This document shows, piece after piece, positions 29,804 through 41,020 of a stretch of 64,000 bases of DNA (positions are counted from its first letter, which is position 1; each line of letters begins with the position of its first letter). The DNA lies in the IMG/VR virus record IMGVR_UViG_3300025889_000073, positions 1 to 64,000 of that record. One strand, given 5' to 3'. The stretch is from a virus. The notes under the pieces were generated by a model. It ran no database searches. It was not told the origin of the DNA and saw only the letters and a program-made list of their open reading frames with translations. Both the position numbers and the translations under genes were made by a program.

Positions 29804-29832
29804 GTTATTGATTTTTCACATTAAAATAAAGC

Positions 29833-29860
29833 TTGACAAATTGTTATATTATGATATAAT
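29833..29860 (+). promoter_or_regulatory. sigma70-type early promoter with upstream IHF-like site
   Basis: TTGACA-16-TATAAT; TAAGTTATTGATT at 29801 equals WATCAA-N4-TTR on the minus strand. Confidence 0.7.
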
Positions 29861-29866
29861 ACCAGT

Positions 29867-30274
29867 ATGAAAATTAACGGCAAATTATCAAAAAATCAAT
29901 TATCGGCAATAAACCATTTTGTCGATATTTTGTTTTCCAAACAGTTAAAACCTTACCTAGAATTTAATTTCCGTTTTGTCAATATGAAAAATATGCAAGG
30001 TACGGTCATTGTTGAAGATTATAATACAAAAGGTGTTCCCCGTGAATTTACTATTGAAATCAATAGAAACGATACACCAGAAGAAAAATTAAAGACCATC
30101 GCTCACGAATTGGTTCATGCAAAACAATATGCAAAAAATGAATTGAACGAAGAAATGAATATATGGCTTGGCCAAAAGGTTGATTCTGAGACGATGAAAT
30201 ATTTTGAACAACCATGGGAAATTGAAGCAGAATCCGTTGGTCTAAATATGTACGAATCGTTTATACGGACATGA
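29867..30274 (+). CDS. Zincin-type metallopeptidase-like protein
   Basis: IAHELVHAKQ (HExxH), PWEIEA. Confidence 0.7.
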   Translation: MKINGKLSKNQLSAINHFVDILFSKQLKPYLEFNFRFVNMKNMQGTVIVEDYNTKGVPREFTIEINRNDTPEEKLKTIAHELVHAKQYAKNELNEEMNIWLGQKVDSETMKYFEQPWEIEAESVGLNMYESFIRT

Positions 30275-30415
30275 ATTACGAACTGGTAAAATACCGAGAT
30301 GCTGGTTTAACGACCTACACCTATTTTTGGATAGATGAAAATAGGACAGTTATTAGTCCGTATTTTGATAGTAATGAAGAAGCTATAGCGTGGCTAGAAG
30401 AAAGGTTGAACGAAA

Positions 30416-31516
30416 ATGAATAATTTTTGGGGCGAACCAGATGATGAACCATTGCCAGACTGGATGGACCCGGTCAAGTGTAGAATGGTCAACGAACAAA
30501 AAGAAATGCGTAAGAAGAATGGCCAAGACCTATTCTCCGTAATACAAGAAGCATTAAATAAACCTTGTGTCGATGTTATCATAAGAGAGCCAGAATTATG
30601 ACTACCGTTGAAAGTGTAATCTACAGAATGAAAAACCTAAAATTGTTTGAGGTTGAATTTGATTTGCCTGATGAATTTGTATTTAAAGGACGAATACCAT
30701 TTGATATGAAAATAGAAGATGGTAAGATAATGGCCAAAGTATATGCCATAGACCTTGATGAGGCATATTTAAAAGTCGCTTATTTTTTTGAGGAACTATA
30801 GTATGAATGACTTTGAAACCCATGATATCGGTACAACCAGAGAGATACAATTGTCCCGTGAATTGGCCAAGTCCATAGAACAAATCACCAAACAATATGG
30901 CGGAGTAGTACCAGAATCCGTGATGCAGGCCTATAACCGCCTAGTAGAACATTATAATTGGCAGCAAGAGAATGGAAAAGCTTAGAAGCGGAGTCATTAG
31001 TGCCAAACCAATATAGACTAAAGAATTGTCCTACTTGTGGTGTCGAACACCGTAAGAAAGGACCATATTGTTCTAGGTCGTGTGGCAATGGCCGAGAGTT
31101 TACAGAAGAACAGAAAAAGAATTTAAGAATAAAGAACCGAGAGTATTATCAAACACCCGAAGGTATTGCAACAGCTAAAAAGATATCAGCAGTAAATTCT
31201 GGTGAAGTGGCCTCTGGTGTTGATATTGATGAATGGTCTGTAGATATACCAGAAGTACATGATTTAAGAGACTATGATAATTTTTTAGAAGGATTTGACC
31301 GTGCAGATAAATGGTAAAACAATTGAACCTCATCCAGATTCCGGTGAGTATGAAAAAAAAGTAATATCTTTTCCTGAGGGTGATGTCTATAGAATAGAGG
31401 TTTATGTCAATGATGAGTTGTATAAATCAACGACAGCGGCATCAGCCAATGCGGCTAAAAACGTGATAGAATATTATGAGCACCCAAAATATGAACCCTG
31501 GAAATTGGCCGATTGA
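30416..31516 (+). CDS. Run of small hypothetical ORFs, including a CPTC/YCSRSC Zn-finger protein (30958-31317)
   Basis: Tightly packed + strand ORFs. Confidence 0.5.
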
Positions 31517-31691
31517 GTTTCAAATAGAGGATTTTTTGAGGTTCTACAATTATGATGTACCGAACCCCGAAAACTATCCGAAGACCTTTGAATATCTTGT
31601 AAGACTTTGGCGTTACACCAGAACGGTTTCTTCTTAAAAAGTGAGTACTAACGTACTACTAAGTGGTTGATTTATAATGCTTTTTTAGGGC

Positions 31692-31719
31692 TTGCCATTT
31701 GCCCGAAATTGTGTATAAT
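31692..31719 (+). promoter_or_regulatory. sigma70-type early promoter
   Basis: TTGCCA-16-TATAAT; IHF-like TAAGTGGTTGATT at 31660. Confidence 0.7.
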
Positions 31720-31726
31720 CCACACC

Positions 31727-32029
31727 ATGATACGAAAAAAACGAAACGACAGGAATTACATTCTCTACCAATTGAATGTAGATGGCCAGACCTATATTGG
31801 TTTGACCGTTGCCGTAGGTCGTGCGTTCTGGCGGTCCGTCAAGGTTCGGGTTCAGAAGCATATGAGTAGAGCCCGCATTGAATCGAAAGACTGGACGCTG
31901 TGCCAGGCGCTCCGAGAAGCTAAATCCGTAGAGTATTCGGTGCTCGAAGTGGTGCGAGGTCGTAAGACCGCATACCAGCGTGAGCGTCAATTGATTGCCG
32001 AATACAGTCCACAATTGAATGATTTTTAA
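31727..32029 (+). CDS. GIY-YIG-like protein
   Basis: YILYQL...TYIGLT, ERQLI..YSPQLN; ATG 7 nt after the -10 box. Confidence 0.6.
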   Translation: MIRKKRNDRNYILYQLNVDGQTYIGLTVAVGRAFWRSVKVRVQKHMSRARIESKDWTLCQALREAKSVEYSVLEVVRGRKTAYQRERQLIAEYSPQLNDF

Positions 32030-32038
32030 GGAAAGATT

Positions 32039-32296
32039 ATGCGTACCAAAGTGATTATTGATGGGTTGAAAAACAGCCAGAAATTCCGTGCCATTATTAA
32101 TGGGGTTTTTATTGGTGATTGTGAGGTGAAAGACCTGGTTGGTTCCAGATTCCTGCACCAAGCGCAAAGGGTTGCAGTATGGGATGCTCTGGCGCATATT
32201 GCTATAACTAATCGTATCGGAAAGCGTAATGGCAAGACCATATCGGGTTTTGGTACGAACCGTGATGGAATTGATGTTCAGGTTGATTTGTTGTAA
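32039..32296 (+). CDS. Hypothetical early protein
   Basis: 85 aa; AAGGA SD. Confidence 0.55.
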   Translation: MRTKVIIDGLKNSQKFRAIINGVFIGDCEVKDLVGSRFLHQAQRVAVWDALAHIAITNRIGKRNGKTISGFGTNRDGIDVQVDLL

Positions 32297-32322
32297 AAAA
32301 ACAACAAGACCAAAATAAGGGC

Positions 32323-32350
32323 TTGACATTTGCCGAAAAACCTGTATAAT
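32323..32350 (+). promoter_or_regulatory. sigma70-type early promoter
   Basis: TTGACA-16-TATAAT; palindrome TGTTGT-N6-ACAACA upstream at 32289-32306. Confidence 0.75.
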
Positions 32351-32357
32351 TGTTTAC

Positions 32358-32648
32358 ATGATGATTGATAAAGAAGACCAAAAAATGCAATATACCGCTG
32401 AGATTTATAAGATGGATGCTCGCTGCAAAAAAGGCGAGAAATTGGTCGCTAAGGTTGATTATGAGGATGTGACCAAAAAAGGTGTTGAAAGGTCCTGCAA
32501 AAAGAATTGGCCTGCACCTAAGTTTCGTTTTGTGATTTTCGACACCTTTGTGACCAAAAAAAATCTTATGAGTGGTGAAGAATTCCAAGAGCGTTACGAC
32601 ACACCGTATTATTGCTCGCCTTCCTCTGAATCTTTCTGGAGTATGTAA
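32358..32648 (+). CDS. Hypothetical early protein
   Basis: KNLMSGEEFQERYDTPYYCSPSSESFWSM C-terminal motif. Confidence 0.6.
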   Translation: MMIDKEDQKMQYTAEIYKMDARCKKGEKLVAKVDYEDVTKKGVERSCKKNWPAPKFRFVIFDTFVTKKNLMSGEEFQERYDTPYYCSPSSESFWSM

Positions 32649-32803
32649 TCATGTCCAAATCCGATATAATTCATGGTCTAATGGAAGACTTAATCGTGCT
32701 CTGCGAAATCCGTGGAGAATTAGACCCCGAATCCAATGCAATAACCGAAAAGCGTATTTCCGCCCTCCAGCAACAAATTGAAACCCTCGAAAAGGAATAA
32801 ATC

Positions 32804-33235
32804 ATGGCTTACATTAACCAAGAAACCAAAAAGAAAATTGTCGCCGCTGTTAAACCCATATTAAAGAAATATGGTGTTAAAGGCACCTTTGCTGTTCGTA
32901 ATAATTCAACCATTGTGCTGAATGTAAAATCCGGTAAGCTTGATTTTATTGAAAATTACTTGGCTACTGATGCTGCTTTGCCTCATGCTGGTAAAATGCC
33001 ACAAGATCAGATTGATTATATTCGTAAACAAAAAACACTGGATGTAAATCCTTACTGGTTTCAAAATCATTTTTCTGGTAAAGTAAGAACATTTTTACTG
33101 GAAGTTTTCTCTGCTATGAAAAAAGCGGGTAATTGGTATGATAATTCTGATGCTCAAATTGATTATTTTGATACCGCTTATTATGTGGATGTGAATATCG
33201 GTAAGTGGAATAAACCCTATGAAAAGACGGTTTAA
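32804..33235 (+). CDS. Hypothetical early protein (LPD29-like)
   Basis: WYDNSDAQIDYFDTAYYVDVNIG motif; AAGGA SD. Confidence 0.55.
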   Translation: MAYINQETKKKIVAAVKPILKKYGVKGTFAVRNNSTIVLNVKSGKLDFIENYLATDAALPHAGKMPQDQIDYIRKQKTLDVNPYWFQNHFSGKVRTFLLEVFSAMKKAGNWYDNSDAQIDYFDTAYYVDVNIGKWNKPYEKTV

Positions 33236-33290
33236 ATAATGGATGGAATGGATGGTAGATATCGGAAGGATTAGGAATATGCGGTGGAGC

Positions 33291-33310
33291 TGTGGATAAA
33301 ATGTGGATAA
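33291..33310. promoter_or_regulatory. Two tandem perfect DnaA boxes
   Basis: TGTGGATAA at 33291-33299 and 33302-33310 (reverse complement of TTATCCACA). Confidence 0.6.
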
Positions 33311-33400
33311 GTCTGCGTAGAAGTGAATACTAACTTATTACTGCGAGAATCCGCCGATTTGTCTCTTTTTCGCAACAATAAAAATATTTGCCGAAACCGC

Positions 33401-33429
33401 TTGCCAAAACCCTCAAACTGTGACATAAT
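33401..33429 (+). promoter_or_regulatory. sigma70-type early promoter
   Basis: TTGCCA-17-CATAAT; leader nearly identical to the one at 52881-52920. Confidence 0.65.
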
Positions 33430-33466
33430 CCATTCCATGTTGAGTGAGATTGAAAAGGAAATTGAA

Positions 33467-34606
33467 ATGTCAAACTTTATTACTAACTACATTTTCCCCT
33501 GTGCCACCGTGAATGGCATGACCCTTAACCAAAAGCGTGAAGCCGTGAAAGCGCTCCGTGTCGCTATCAAGGAAGAGGCTATTATTCGCAAGCAAGTCCG
33601 TGAGGATGCAAAGGCTGCGAAAGAAGCCGCAAAGGCAGAAAAAGCCGCTGCCCGTGAGGCGAAGCGAGTTGAAGCGATTGCCCGCCTCGAAGCTCGTTTA
33701 GCGAAGCTTCAGCGGAATGCTTCGAAGAAAGCCGGTCCTGTGAAGGTTTTTTCTGCTTCTGAAATCGCTCAATTGAATGCTGGAGTTTAATGATGCAAAT
33801 TGATTTTATTAGCGCTGTGGACGGGAAAGTCTGCCTTTATTCTGGTTCTGAGCTAATCGTGGCTAGCGCTGATACCGTTGAGCTTGCTGATGCGATTCGA
33901 AGCCAAGCTCTTGACCTTGGTGACGCTTATTGCAGCAGCTCGATGGATTTTGCTGATGAATACGGCTTTTTGTATCCCTCAGAAGCCGTTGTGGTTTTGA
34001 CTAATGCTTTGGAGATTGTTTAATGGCTATGCTGGTAATTGCTACTCAGGTTCATGAAAACTACGGTGCCCACGATTGGGACGGTACCGGTGAGTGCCCC
34101 CAATATTGGAAGGCCAAGGGTGGCCATGAGTATAAAATTACCAATATTCCGCTTAATGTGGACCTAGCCGAGATTGTGGCTATGGCCAATGTGGAGACGG
34201 ATGACCATTATTTCCGTGAGACCATTATTGACTGGTCCGTAGAGGACGATAATTATATGAGCTGGTATGAGAAAACCCAGCTGGAATTTGATGGCGAGGT
34301 GGAGTACCCCGAGCCTGAAGTGGATTACAATGATTTAAACAGGAGCTTTGCATGAGCCGAATGAGTGAGTTGGCTATGGAGATTGAGCAGGCTATTGAGG
34401 ATGGTGAGCTGACCTTCCAACAAATAGCTGATAAATTTAATGTGCCCCTAGACTGGGTGCTGGATGTAGCTTATCAAAACCCAGAATACCTTTCCGAACC
34501 AGACCCTGGGGATATGGATGGGGATATGGCATCCGGACTGGCTTCTGCTGGATGGGGTACGGATGAGGACTACTGCTGGGAAAATGACTATTGCGATGAC
34601 TACTAA
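33467..34606 (+). CDS. Four early hypothetical ORFs (33467-33790 Ala/Lys-rich; 33790-34023; 34023-34355; 34352-34606)
   Basis: Translationally coupled TAATG/ATGA junctions. Confidence 0.6.
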
Positions 34607-35075
34607 GCGCTCACTATAGCGCTGCTGTCCCATAGGTCAAAAACAGCGTCCGGACAGTTGGAAGGAGTCCTCTAATAGCAGACTACTGGCGTTCTAAGGA
34701 TTCTTGTCTCGCTCTGGTCAATTTCATAATCCTCCACTAAAGCGCCTCAAAAATTTTTTCCGGTAAATTTTCGTCTGGACCTCTTGACAAGTTTCTATAT
34801 ACCTGATACAATCTTGGTGTTGCCTGATGAAGATAATTACTACTTTATTACTATACCTGGTATTAGTTGCTATGGGGCTTGCTTTTTCCATGGTTTTTGT
34901 TATAATAGGTTCTATGGTATATGTGGTGTTCACTAACCCTTTAATGTTGTTTGGATTGACTGTATGAAAATGATTAAACCTAGAAATCACATTGTAAGGA
35001 ATTCTAAGTCTTGTGGTGCAGGCCGTCATAAGGTCCGTACCAAGTATTCTCGTAACGTTAAGCATCGGAGTAAGT

Positions 35076-36412
35076 ATGAACGAACGAATTAAAGAACTTG
35101 CCAAACAGGCAGAAGACCATGCTGATAATCAAGGCTTTTTCGTTACAATCGATTTCGCAAGTGATTACCAAGACTGTCTCATGGAAAAGTTCGCCGAGTT
35201 GATTGTTCGAGAATGTGTTAAAGAAATGTCTGAGCAAATGTATTTGCATCATATTCATACCGATCAGTCAAACAATCCTAACTTTTATAAAGCAGTCGAG
35301 AAAACCCTAAAACATTTCGGAGTTGAAGAATGAACGAACGAATTAAAGAACTTGCTCATGAGGCTGGATTACCAACATATAATCCGGAAGGCATTCCAAC
35401 TAAATTAGAAAAGTTCGCCGAGTTGATCCTAGAGGATGTTATGTCTATCTGCGAGGATTTTGGCGATAAGGGTATGGATGGTCATTATTGTGTCGATGCA
35501 ATTGCAAAAAAGTATTCGATGCATCAATGGAGTTGAAGAATGACTAAATGGATTGATCCGCCGAGTGGATGGAAATACGGATTCCCCAAGCCTATTCCCG
35601 ATGATATCGTTAATTTTGAAGATTGGCTCGTATCTGAGGGTTATCCCCGTGCTGAAATAGAAAAGATGGGTGATTACTTCTTTTGTAGTCATTGGGAAAC
35701 TGAAGAATGAACGAACGAATTCGAAAACTTGTAAAACAAGCCGGCGGTGAATTCTGGCAACGACTGGAAAATGATGTGGTCAATCCAGAAGCATACATTA
35801 CCTTTGACCCGCCCGAGAGTTTGGAAAATTTTGTGATGCTAGTGATCCAAGACTACGAAAACGACAAACGAGAAAGTCGCCGTGAAGTTAAAAGCAAGTT
35901 AGGTTACAGTCGTATAGGAAGGAACAATGTATGAACGAACGAATTAAACACCTTGCTGAACAAACATCATACATTTGGCATACCAGCGGCGACCCACAAA
36001 TTTACGAATTTACACCAGAGAAATTGGAAAAGTTCTCCGAGTTGATTGTTAAGGAGCGTGAATGGGTTTGGTTGACAAAAGAAGAAGTTGACTCATGGGA
36101 ACTACCTGATTGCCCTACGGTGTTTGAGTTTGTGCAGTTCATTGAAGCCAAGGTCAAGGAGAAAAACACATGAGCATCCCAGCAATGAGGCAAGCATCGG
36201 ATGCTATTCTTAATGTTTTGGCTGGTGGGGAGTTTGATAACCCAGTATGTGACTTGAAGCAAGCTGCATTAGCACTACAGCAAGCCATAGCAAAAGCTGA
36301 GAAGCGTGAATGGGTTGGTCTGACGGATGAGGAAAAAGGCTGGTGTGCTGCGTCTACATATACTGAAACAATTGAACGTGTAGAAGCCAAGCTCAAGGAA
36401 AAGAATACATGA
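35076..36412 (+). repeat. Array of paralogous/mosaic small ORFs (MNERIKELA..., EKFAELI, REWVGLT..EAKLKEKNT modules)
   Basis: ATGAACGAACGAATT at 35076, 35330, 35707, 35931; GAAAAGTTC(G/T)CCGAGTTGAT three times; REWV..LT and EAK.KEKNT twice. Confidence 0.85.
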
Positions 36413-37173
36413 TACAAGGTTCCTGCGGACACGAAGTAGAGCATATATCAGATTTATGGAAGTGTACCATTGGGGATTATGATGAACACAATCAGCGGTG
36501 TATATATTATGGCACGGCGTGTAAGGAATGCTATGACAAATACGAAAAAGATGGTATAATCCTACATGACGAAGGCGAAGAAAATAAATGGATGGACGGT
36601 AAATGACGGTCACATACTCTACTAACTGGATGGGTCCGGTCGGGATGTGGTGGTATCGTGAGCGAAATCTTACCGTGACAAAGACTGTGGTTCAGAAAGA
36701 AGATTCTAAGTATACCAGACGTAAGAAGGGTGACATCTACCAGGTAGAGGAAGTAACTCAGCAATGGGGTGGTGGTCGTATTGATATCCGAGGTGAAGGC
36801 CTAGGTCCTTATGGCGACGAGATGGGCTTGCCAATCATGCGAGGTGATTGTTACAGACGATTCAGCGAGTGGTTAAATACATTTGAAACAGATGATGTTT
36901 GGACTCTTGCTCAGTTGGTTGAGATGTACGAAAAAGACAATCCTAAGATCATTTGGGCTGATGATGTTTTTGGGGATATGGAGAAAAACAATGGATGAAT
37001 TTAGTGATGGTAAAGCAATTTTTTCAAACAACATGACAAAAGAAGACGTAAATCGAGAAAATGCTCAACAACAGAAAGAAGATATTGAGCATCAGAAAAA
37101 ACAGATTGACGAGCAGGCAGAAGAAATTAAGCGTCAGCAAGAACTAATTGAAAAGAGATTACGAGGCGAATAA
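36409..37173 (+). CDS. Small hypothetical ORFs (36409-36606, 36603-36998, about 36991-37173)
   Basis: Coupled + strand ORFs. Confidence 0.5.
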
Positions 37174-37328
37174 CACATGACAAAAGAAGAAAAGATTGTA
37201 AATGCAGCATTGCAAGTACAAGCTGGATGCTCTCTTAAAGATTTTCTTGATGATGATGAAATTGAAGAAGCAATATCCATGTTGGCTGATGTTTTGATAG
37301 CCACTGGTGTAAGATTGGATCCTGAAGA

Positions 37329-38003
37329 ATGAAAGTCTATATTGGCCCTTATAAAAATTGGTACGGTCCACATCAGCTGGCCAAGACGCTATGCTTTTGG
37401 GCTAAGAAGACCGTTGTCGATGAATACGGTATGAAGGACTATCCTGACTATGTCTTCAAGCTCGGTGAGTGGCTTGCATATGGCAAGTGGCGTGGGATTG
37501 ATAACATTCCTATTGATTCTAAGAATTTATTCATGTCAGTCGATGAGGAGAAGAAGACTTTTCTTTATCATCTGTTAGAATGGATTGAATCCAAGCGTAG
37601 TCGTAAGATTAAGATTCGTATTGACGAGTACGATACGTGGTCAATGGATCACACTTTGGCGTTGATTGCACTTCCTATGCTTAAGCAATTGAAAGAGACT
37701 CAACACGGTTCTGCTCGGGTTGACTTGGAAGATGTACCGCCTGAGATGCAACTGGTCAGTACTGAAGACTGGGACGATCAACTGGTGTTCGACTTCTACA
37801 ACAATCCTGAATCATCAAAGCAAAAAGTTCAATGCGATGTTCATGATCGTTGGAATTGGGTGCTGGATGAGATGATCTTTGCATTTGAGTTTATTGCAGA
37901 TGACAACAAGCGCTATTCAGATAAGTTCGATGAAGAGGCAAATGCCCGAGTAGCAAACGGGTTGAGGTTGTTTGGTAAGTACTATCAAGGATTATGGGAT
38001 TGA
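37329..38003 (+). CDS. Conserved phage hypothetical protein
   Basis: YDTWSMDHTLA...WVLDEMIFAF...GLRLFGKYYQGLWD. Confidence 0.65.
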   Translation: MKVYIGPYKNWYGPHQLAKTLCFWAKKTVVDEYGMKDYPDYVFKLGEWLAYGKWRGIDNIPIDSKNLFMSVDEEKKTFLYHLLEWIESKRSRKIKIRIDEYDTWSMDHTLALIALPMLKQLKETQHGSARVDLEDVPPEMQLVSTEDWDDQLVFDFYNNPESSKQKVQCDVHDRWNWVLDEMIFAFEFIADDNKRYSDKFDEEANARVANGLRLFGKYYQGLWD

Positions 38004-38564
38004 TTATGGAATACAATAGATTTGATTTAGAATGGATGATGGAGTTTTATACGAAATGAACCAGAAAATGCGAGATATAGTTGCCGACTGTATGATTATG
38101 AACCCATCGAATATGACACTTCCGGCGGATAGGTTTGATTATGGTAAGTTCGCATCACAAATTATACAAGAATGTGCTAATATAGCATTTGAGTATTCTT
38201 TATCAGAACGTACTCGTATTGCCATATTGAACCTATTGAAAGATGAAAATGGAAACCAAAGAGATATTTAAATGGATTGGTATCGCAGTACTTGTATACC
38301 TGGTCTTTAACTTACTGATGGCGGCGATGACTTTCGGACAAGCAATGTTGTTTTTTGGATTGTTTAAAAGTCTAATCGCTACAATGTAATGTTCGAAGAA
38401 TTTTTGTGGACGCTCAAAATATTAGGATGGAAAAATATACTCTTAATGTTTGTTGCATTCCTGTGCGAAATGTCTTTTATAGCGCTAATTATAATTTCGG
38501 CCGTACAGCTCGGAAACGCTGGATAAGATAGAATAAATAGCAAACGAAACTTAAAGGGGTTTTT

Positions 38565-38936
38565 ATGACAGCAGAAGCAATACTACCAAGAGTAAAACCA
38601 GGAGACGAAGAATTACCAGGAGGTAGTAAATCGTCCCAAGGAAATACAATTATACCTAGACCAAGAACTCAAAAGGTTTGGTGCCGGCAATGTAATGAAT
38701 TTCATTCGACTATGGATGTACAGGCCACCGGAACAGAAGAAGAAGGTGACAACACCATACTCAAGTTTAGATGTTGGAATAACAACAATGATGGCCAGGT
38801 TAATTTGAAAGGCCTTTTGGTTGACGAACATGAAGAAAACACATACGATGAACTACCAATCGAACTAATCCACGAAGGACCAGTAGAGGGTGCCATACTG
38901 GACGGAGATGGTACACCAGCAACACCACAGGAGTAA
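38565..38936 (+). CDS. Acidic hypothetical protein with CxxC
   Basis: WCRQCNEFH; ATAAATA late-like promoter upstream. Confidence 0.5.
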   Translation: MTAEAILPRVKPGDEELPGGSKSSQGNTIIPRPRTQKVWCRQCNEFHSTMDVQATGTEEEGDNTILKFRCWNNNNDGQVNLKGLLVDEHEENTYDELPIELIHEGPVEGAILDGDGTPATPQE

Positions 38937-39429
38937 AATATGAATGAATATGAAATTGATTATGAAAAACTTAATGAAACTGAATTGTATGTTACAATTA
39001 ATCCAGAAGATGTAGAAACTCAATGGGAAATTTCAGATGAGAATTACTGGACTGAATAAAAACCAAGTTGAAATGTTGGAGATGATGTGGTCGTTCGAAA
39101 CACAGGAAGAACTGGTGGAATGGATGGACACACTTACGGAAAAAGAAGTTCGGCAAGTACAATCTCTATTGGAACTTGTTAGATTTGAATTAATCGAAGA
39201 ACGAATTAATAGAGATGGTTGTTTTGATGCCATAGTTTACTTACAAAAATATAAATTGTATAATGACTTTCATTAAAAATCCTCCTTCAGAAGAAATATT
39301 AGAAGCCTATAAAAAATGGTGGTTTGAAAGAATGAATAATGCGAAATATAGGAATGATAATACAAAAATTCCTCTGCTTCCAGATTTTTTCGAAACATTT
39401 ACAGCCGGCTGGGAAGCGAAAAAAAATAA

Positions 39430-39828
39430 ATGAAACAAGAATATGATGGAATCTTTTTTACACCTAACCCCGATTCCGATGATGAAAATGAACTTAAACT
39501 TTCCTTTTTTGATTTTAAGGACGAGTTCGCCAACAAAGAATCAATAGAGGGTACACAAATCGGCGATAAGTATTATGTTGCTTTTTTTCAACGTGATGAA
39601 GAAGGTGATGTTGAATTTGATGGTTCTTTTGAGGCTATCTTTGCCGACCCTAAAGTTTATATACAAAGATTGGCTGGAACAAAAGTTTATGGCTGCATTG
39701 TTCGGAAAACAGAAAATTCGGGCGAATGGTTTCAAAATTACCTCACAAATGCTCTGGAAAAAGTTAAAATACGAAAATTGATGACATACTGTAAAGCAAT
39801 TGTAGATGCCGAAGTGAAAAGGACATGA
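39430..39828 (+). CDS. Hypothetical protein
   Basis: 132 aa ORF. Confidence 0.5.
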   Translation: MKQEYDGIFFTPNPDSDDENELKLSFFDFKDEFANKESIEGTQIGDKYYVAFFQRDEEGDVEFDGSFEAIFADPKVYIQRLAGTKVYGCIVRKTENSGEWFQNYLTNALEKVKIRKLMTYCKAIVDAEVKRT

Positions 39829-40100
39829 TTATGGAAAATTTTAACACGCCAAGAGGCAAAGAATGGATTCATAGCGTTCTAAAAATGCATGAAACCTCAA
39901 TAGTGTTCACAAAAAAAGACGGAACTGAGCGAAAAATGCTTTGTACACTCTTGGAAGACAAAATTCCGAGCGAAAAAATGCCAAAAAATTCAGGAAAAGC
40001 AAAAAATGAAGATTCTATTGCTGTTTTTGACTTGGAAAAGCAAGACTGGCGCTCATTCCGGTTTGATTCTGTGAAGGAAGTTAATTTTTCAATCGAATAA
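39825..40100 (+). CDS. WYL_2/SH3-like beta-barrel protein (DUF2693-like)
   Basis: FTKKDGTER.M.CTL...VFDLEKQDWRSFR. Confidence 0.7.
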   Translation: MIMENFNTPRGKEWIHSVLKMHETSIVFTKKDGTERKMLCTLLEDKIPSEKMPKNSGKAKNEDSIAVFDLEKQDWRSFRFDSVKEVNFSIE

Positions 40101-40101
40101 A

Positions 40102-40776
40102 ATGAAAAAAGCAATATTCACATATCACAATAGACAAATTTCGCCTAAAATTGTGACCTTACAACAAGAAGTCATTGCTAAATTTAGTTCAAAACTAGAT
40201 ATTGACTTTAAAAAGGCGTTTTATTCTGAACCGGATGGTGTAGTTTATCCGGATAATGTGATTGATGTATATTTGAATGAATTATTTTATGAACATGAGT
40301 ATGATTCTGTTTTAATTTTAGACATTGATTGTATTCCATTGAATAATGATGCTCTAGAAACTACGTTTGAAATGATTTCACGCAATTGGTTGGTTGGAAA
40401 TGCTCAGAGGTCACACCATTTAGATAATAATCAACACATTTTTTGTGGAGCTTCTTGTGTTGGAATTTCCAAACAACTTTATGAAGAATTGGGTAAACCT
40501 TCAGCTGAACCTAGTTCTAGGTCCGATATTTGTGAGGAATATACTTGGTTAGCTGAAGAAACAGGAAAAACTGTTAAATTTTTCAAACCATTAGGATATC
40601 AAAAACTTCCATATAATGAAACAAAACCTTGGACACTAAATCATGAAATGAATTCTTATGGAATTGGCACAACTTTTTGTCACGATGATATTCCTTTCTA
40701 TTATCATCTTTTCCAATCAAGATTAGGTTTATATGATGATTTGTTTATTAGAAAGTGTGAATCAATATTGAGATAA
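40102..40776 (+). CDS. Glycosyltransferase-like protein
   Basis: LILDIDCIP DxD motif; YYHLFQSR. Confidence 0.5.
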   Translation: MKKAIFTYHNRQISPKIVTLQQEVIAKFSSKLDIDFKKAFYSEPDGVVYPDNVIDVYLNELFYEHEYDSVLILDIDCIPLNNDALETTFEMISRNWLVGNAQRSHHLDNNQHIFCGASCVGISKQLYEELGKPSAEPSSRSDICEEYTWLAEETGKTVKFFKPLGYQKLPYNETKPWTLNHEMNSYGIGTTFCHDDIPFYYHLFQSRLGLYDDLFIRKCESILR

Positions 40777-40778
40777 AA

Positions 40779-40854
40779 GCCGGTTTAGCTCATTTGGTAG
40801 AGCAACGCACTTGTAATGCGTAGGTGGTCAGTTCGAATCCGACAACCGGCACCA
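40779..40854 (+). tRNA. tRNA-Thr(UGU)
   Basis: Cloverleaf; loop CT-TGT-AA; TTCGAATC; encoded CCA. Confidence 0.95.
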
Positions 40855-40932
40855 TATTAAAGGAGAAATAAAAATGACAATTGAAGAATATTGGAAGTGG
40901 ATACACGAAAACGTACAATAAAAATTTGTTAT

Positions 40933-41017
40933 GCGACTGTGGCGGAATAGGTAGACGCAACAGACTTAAAATCTGTCGGCTTAGGCCGTGCCGGTTCGAT
41001 TCCGGCCAGTCGTACCA
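40933..41017 (+). tRNA. tRNA-Leu(UAA)
   Basis: Long variable arm; loop CT-TAA-AA; encoded CCA. Confidence 0.95.
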
Positions 41018-41020
41018 ATT

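Noticed and set aside
31685-32329. 214-aa minus-strand ORF
   Set aside because: Overlaps two + strand genes that have a promoter or SD; no motif; the window is uniformly + strand
35076-36412. Possible CRISPR array
   Set aside because: Repeats are coding, irregularly spaced at 220-380 nt and not palindromic; no cas operon
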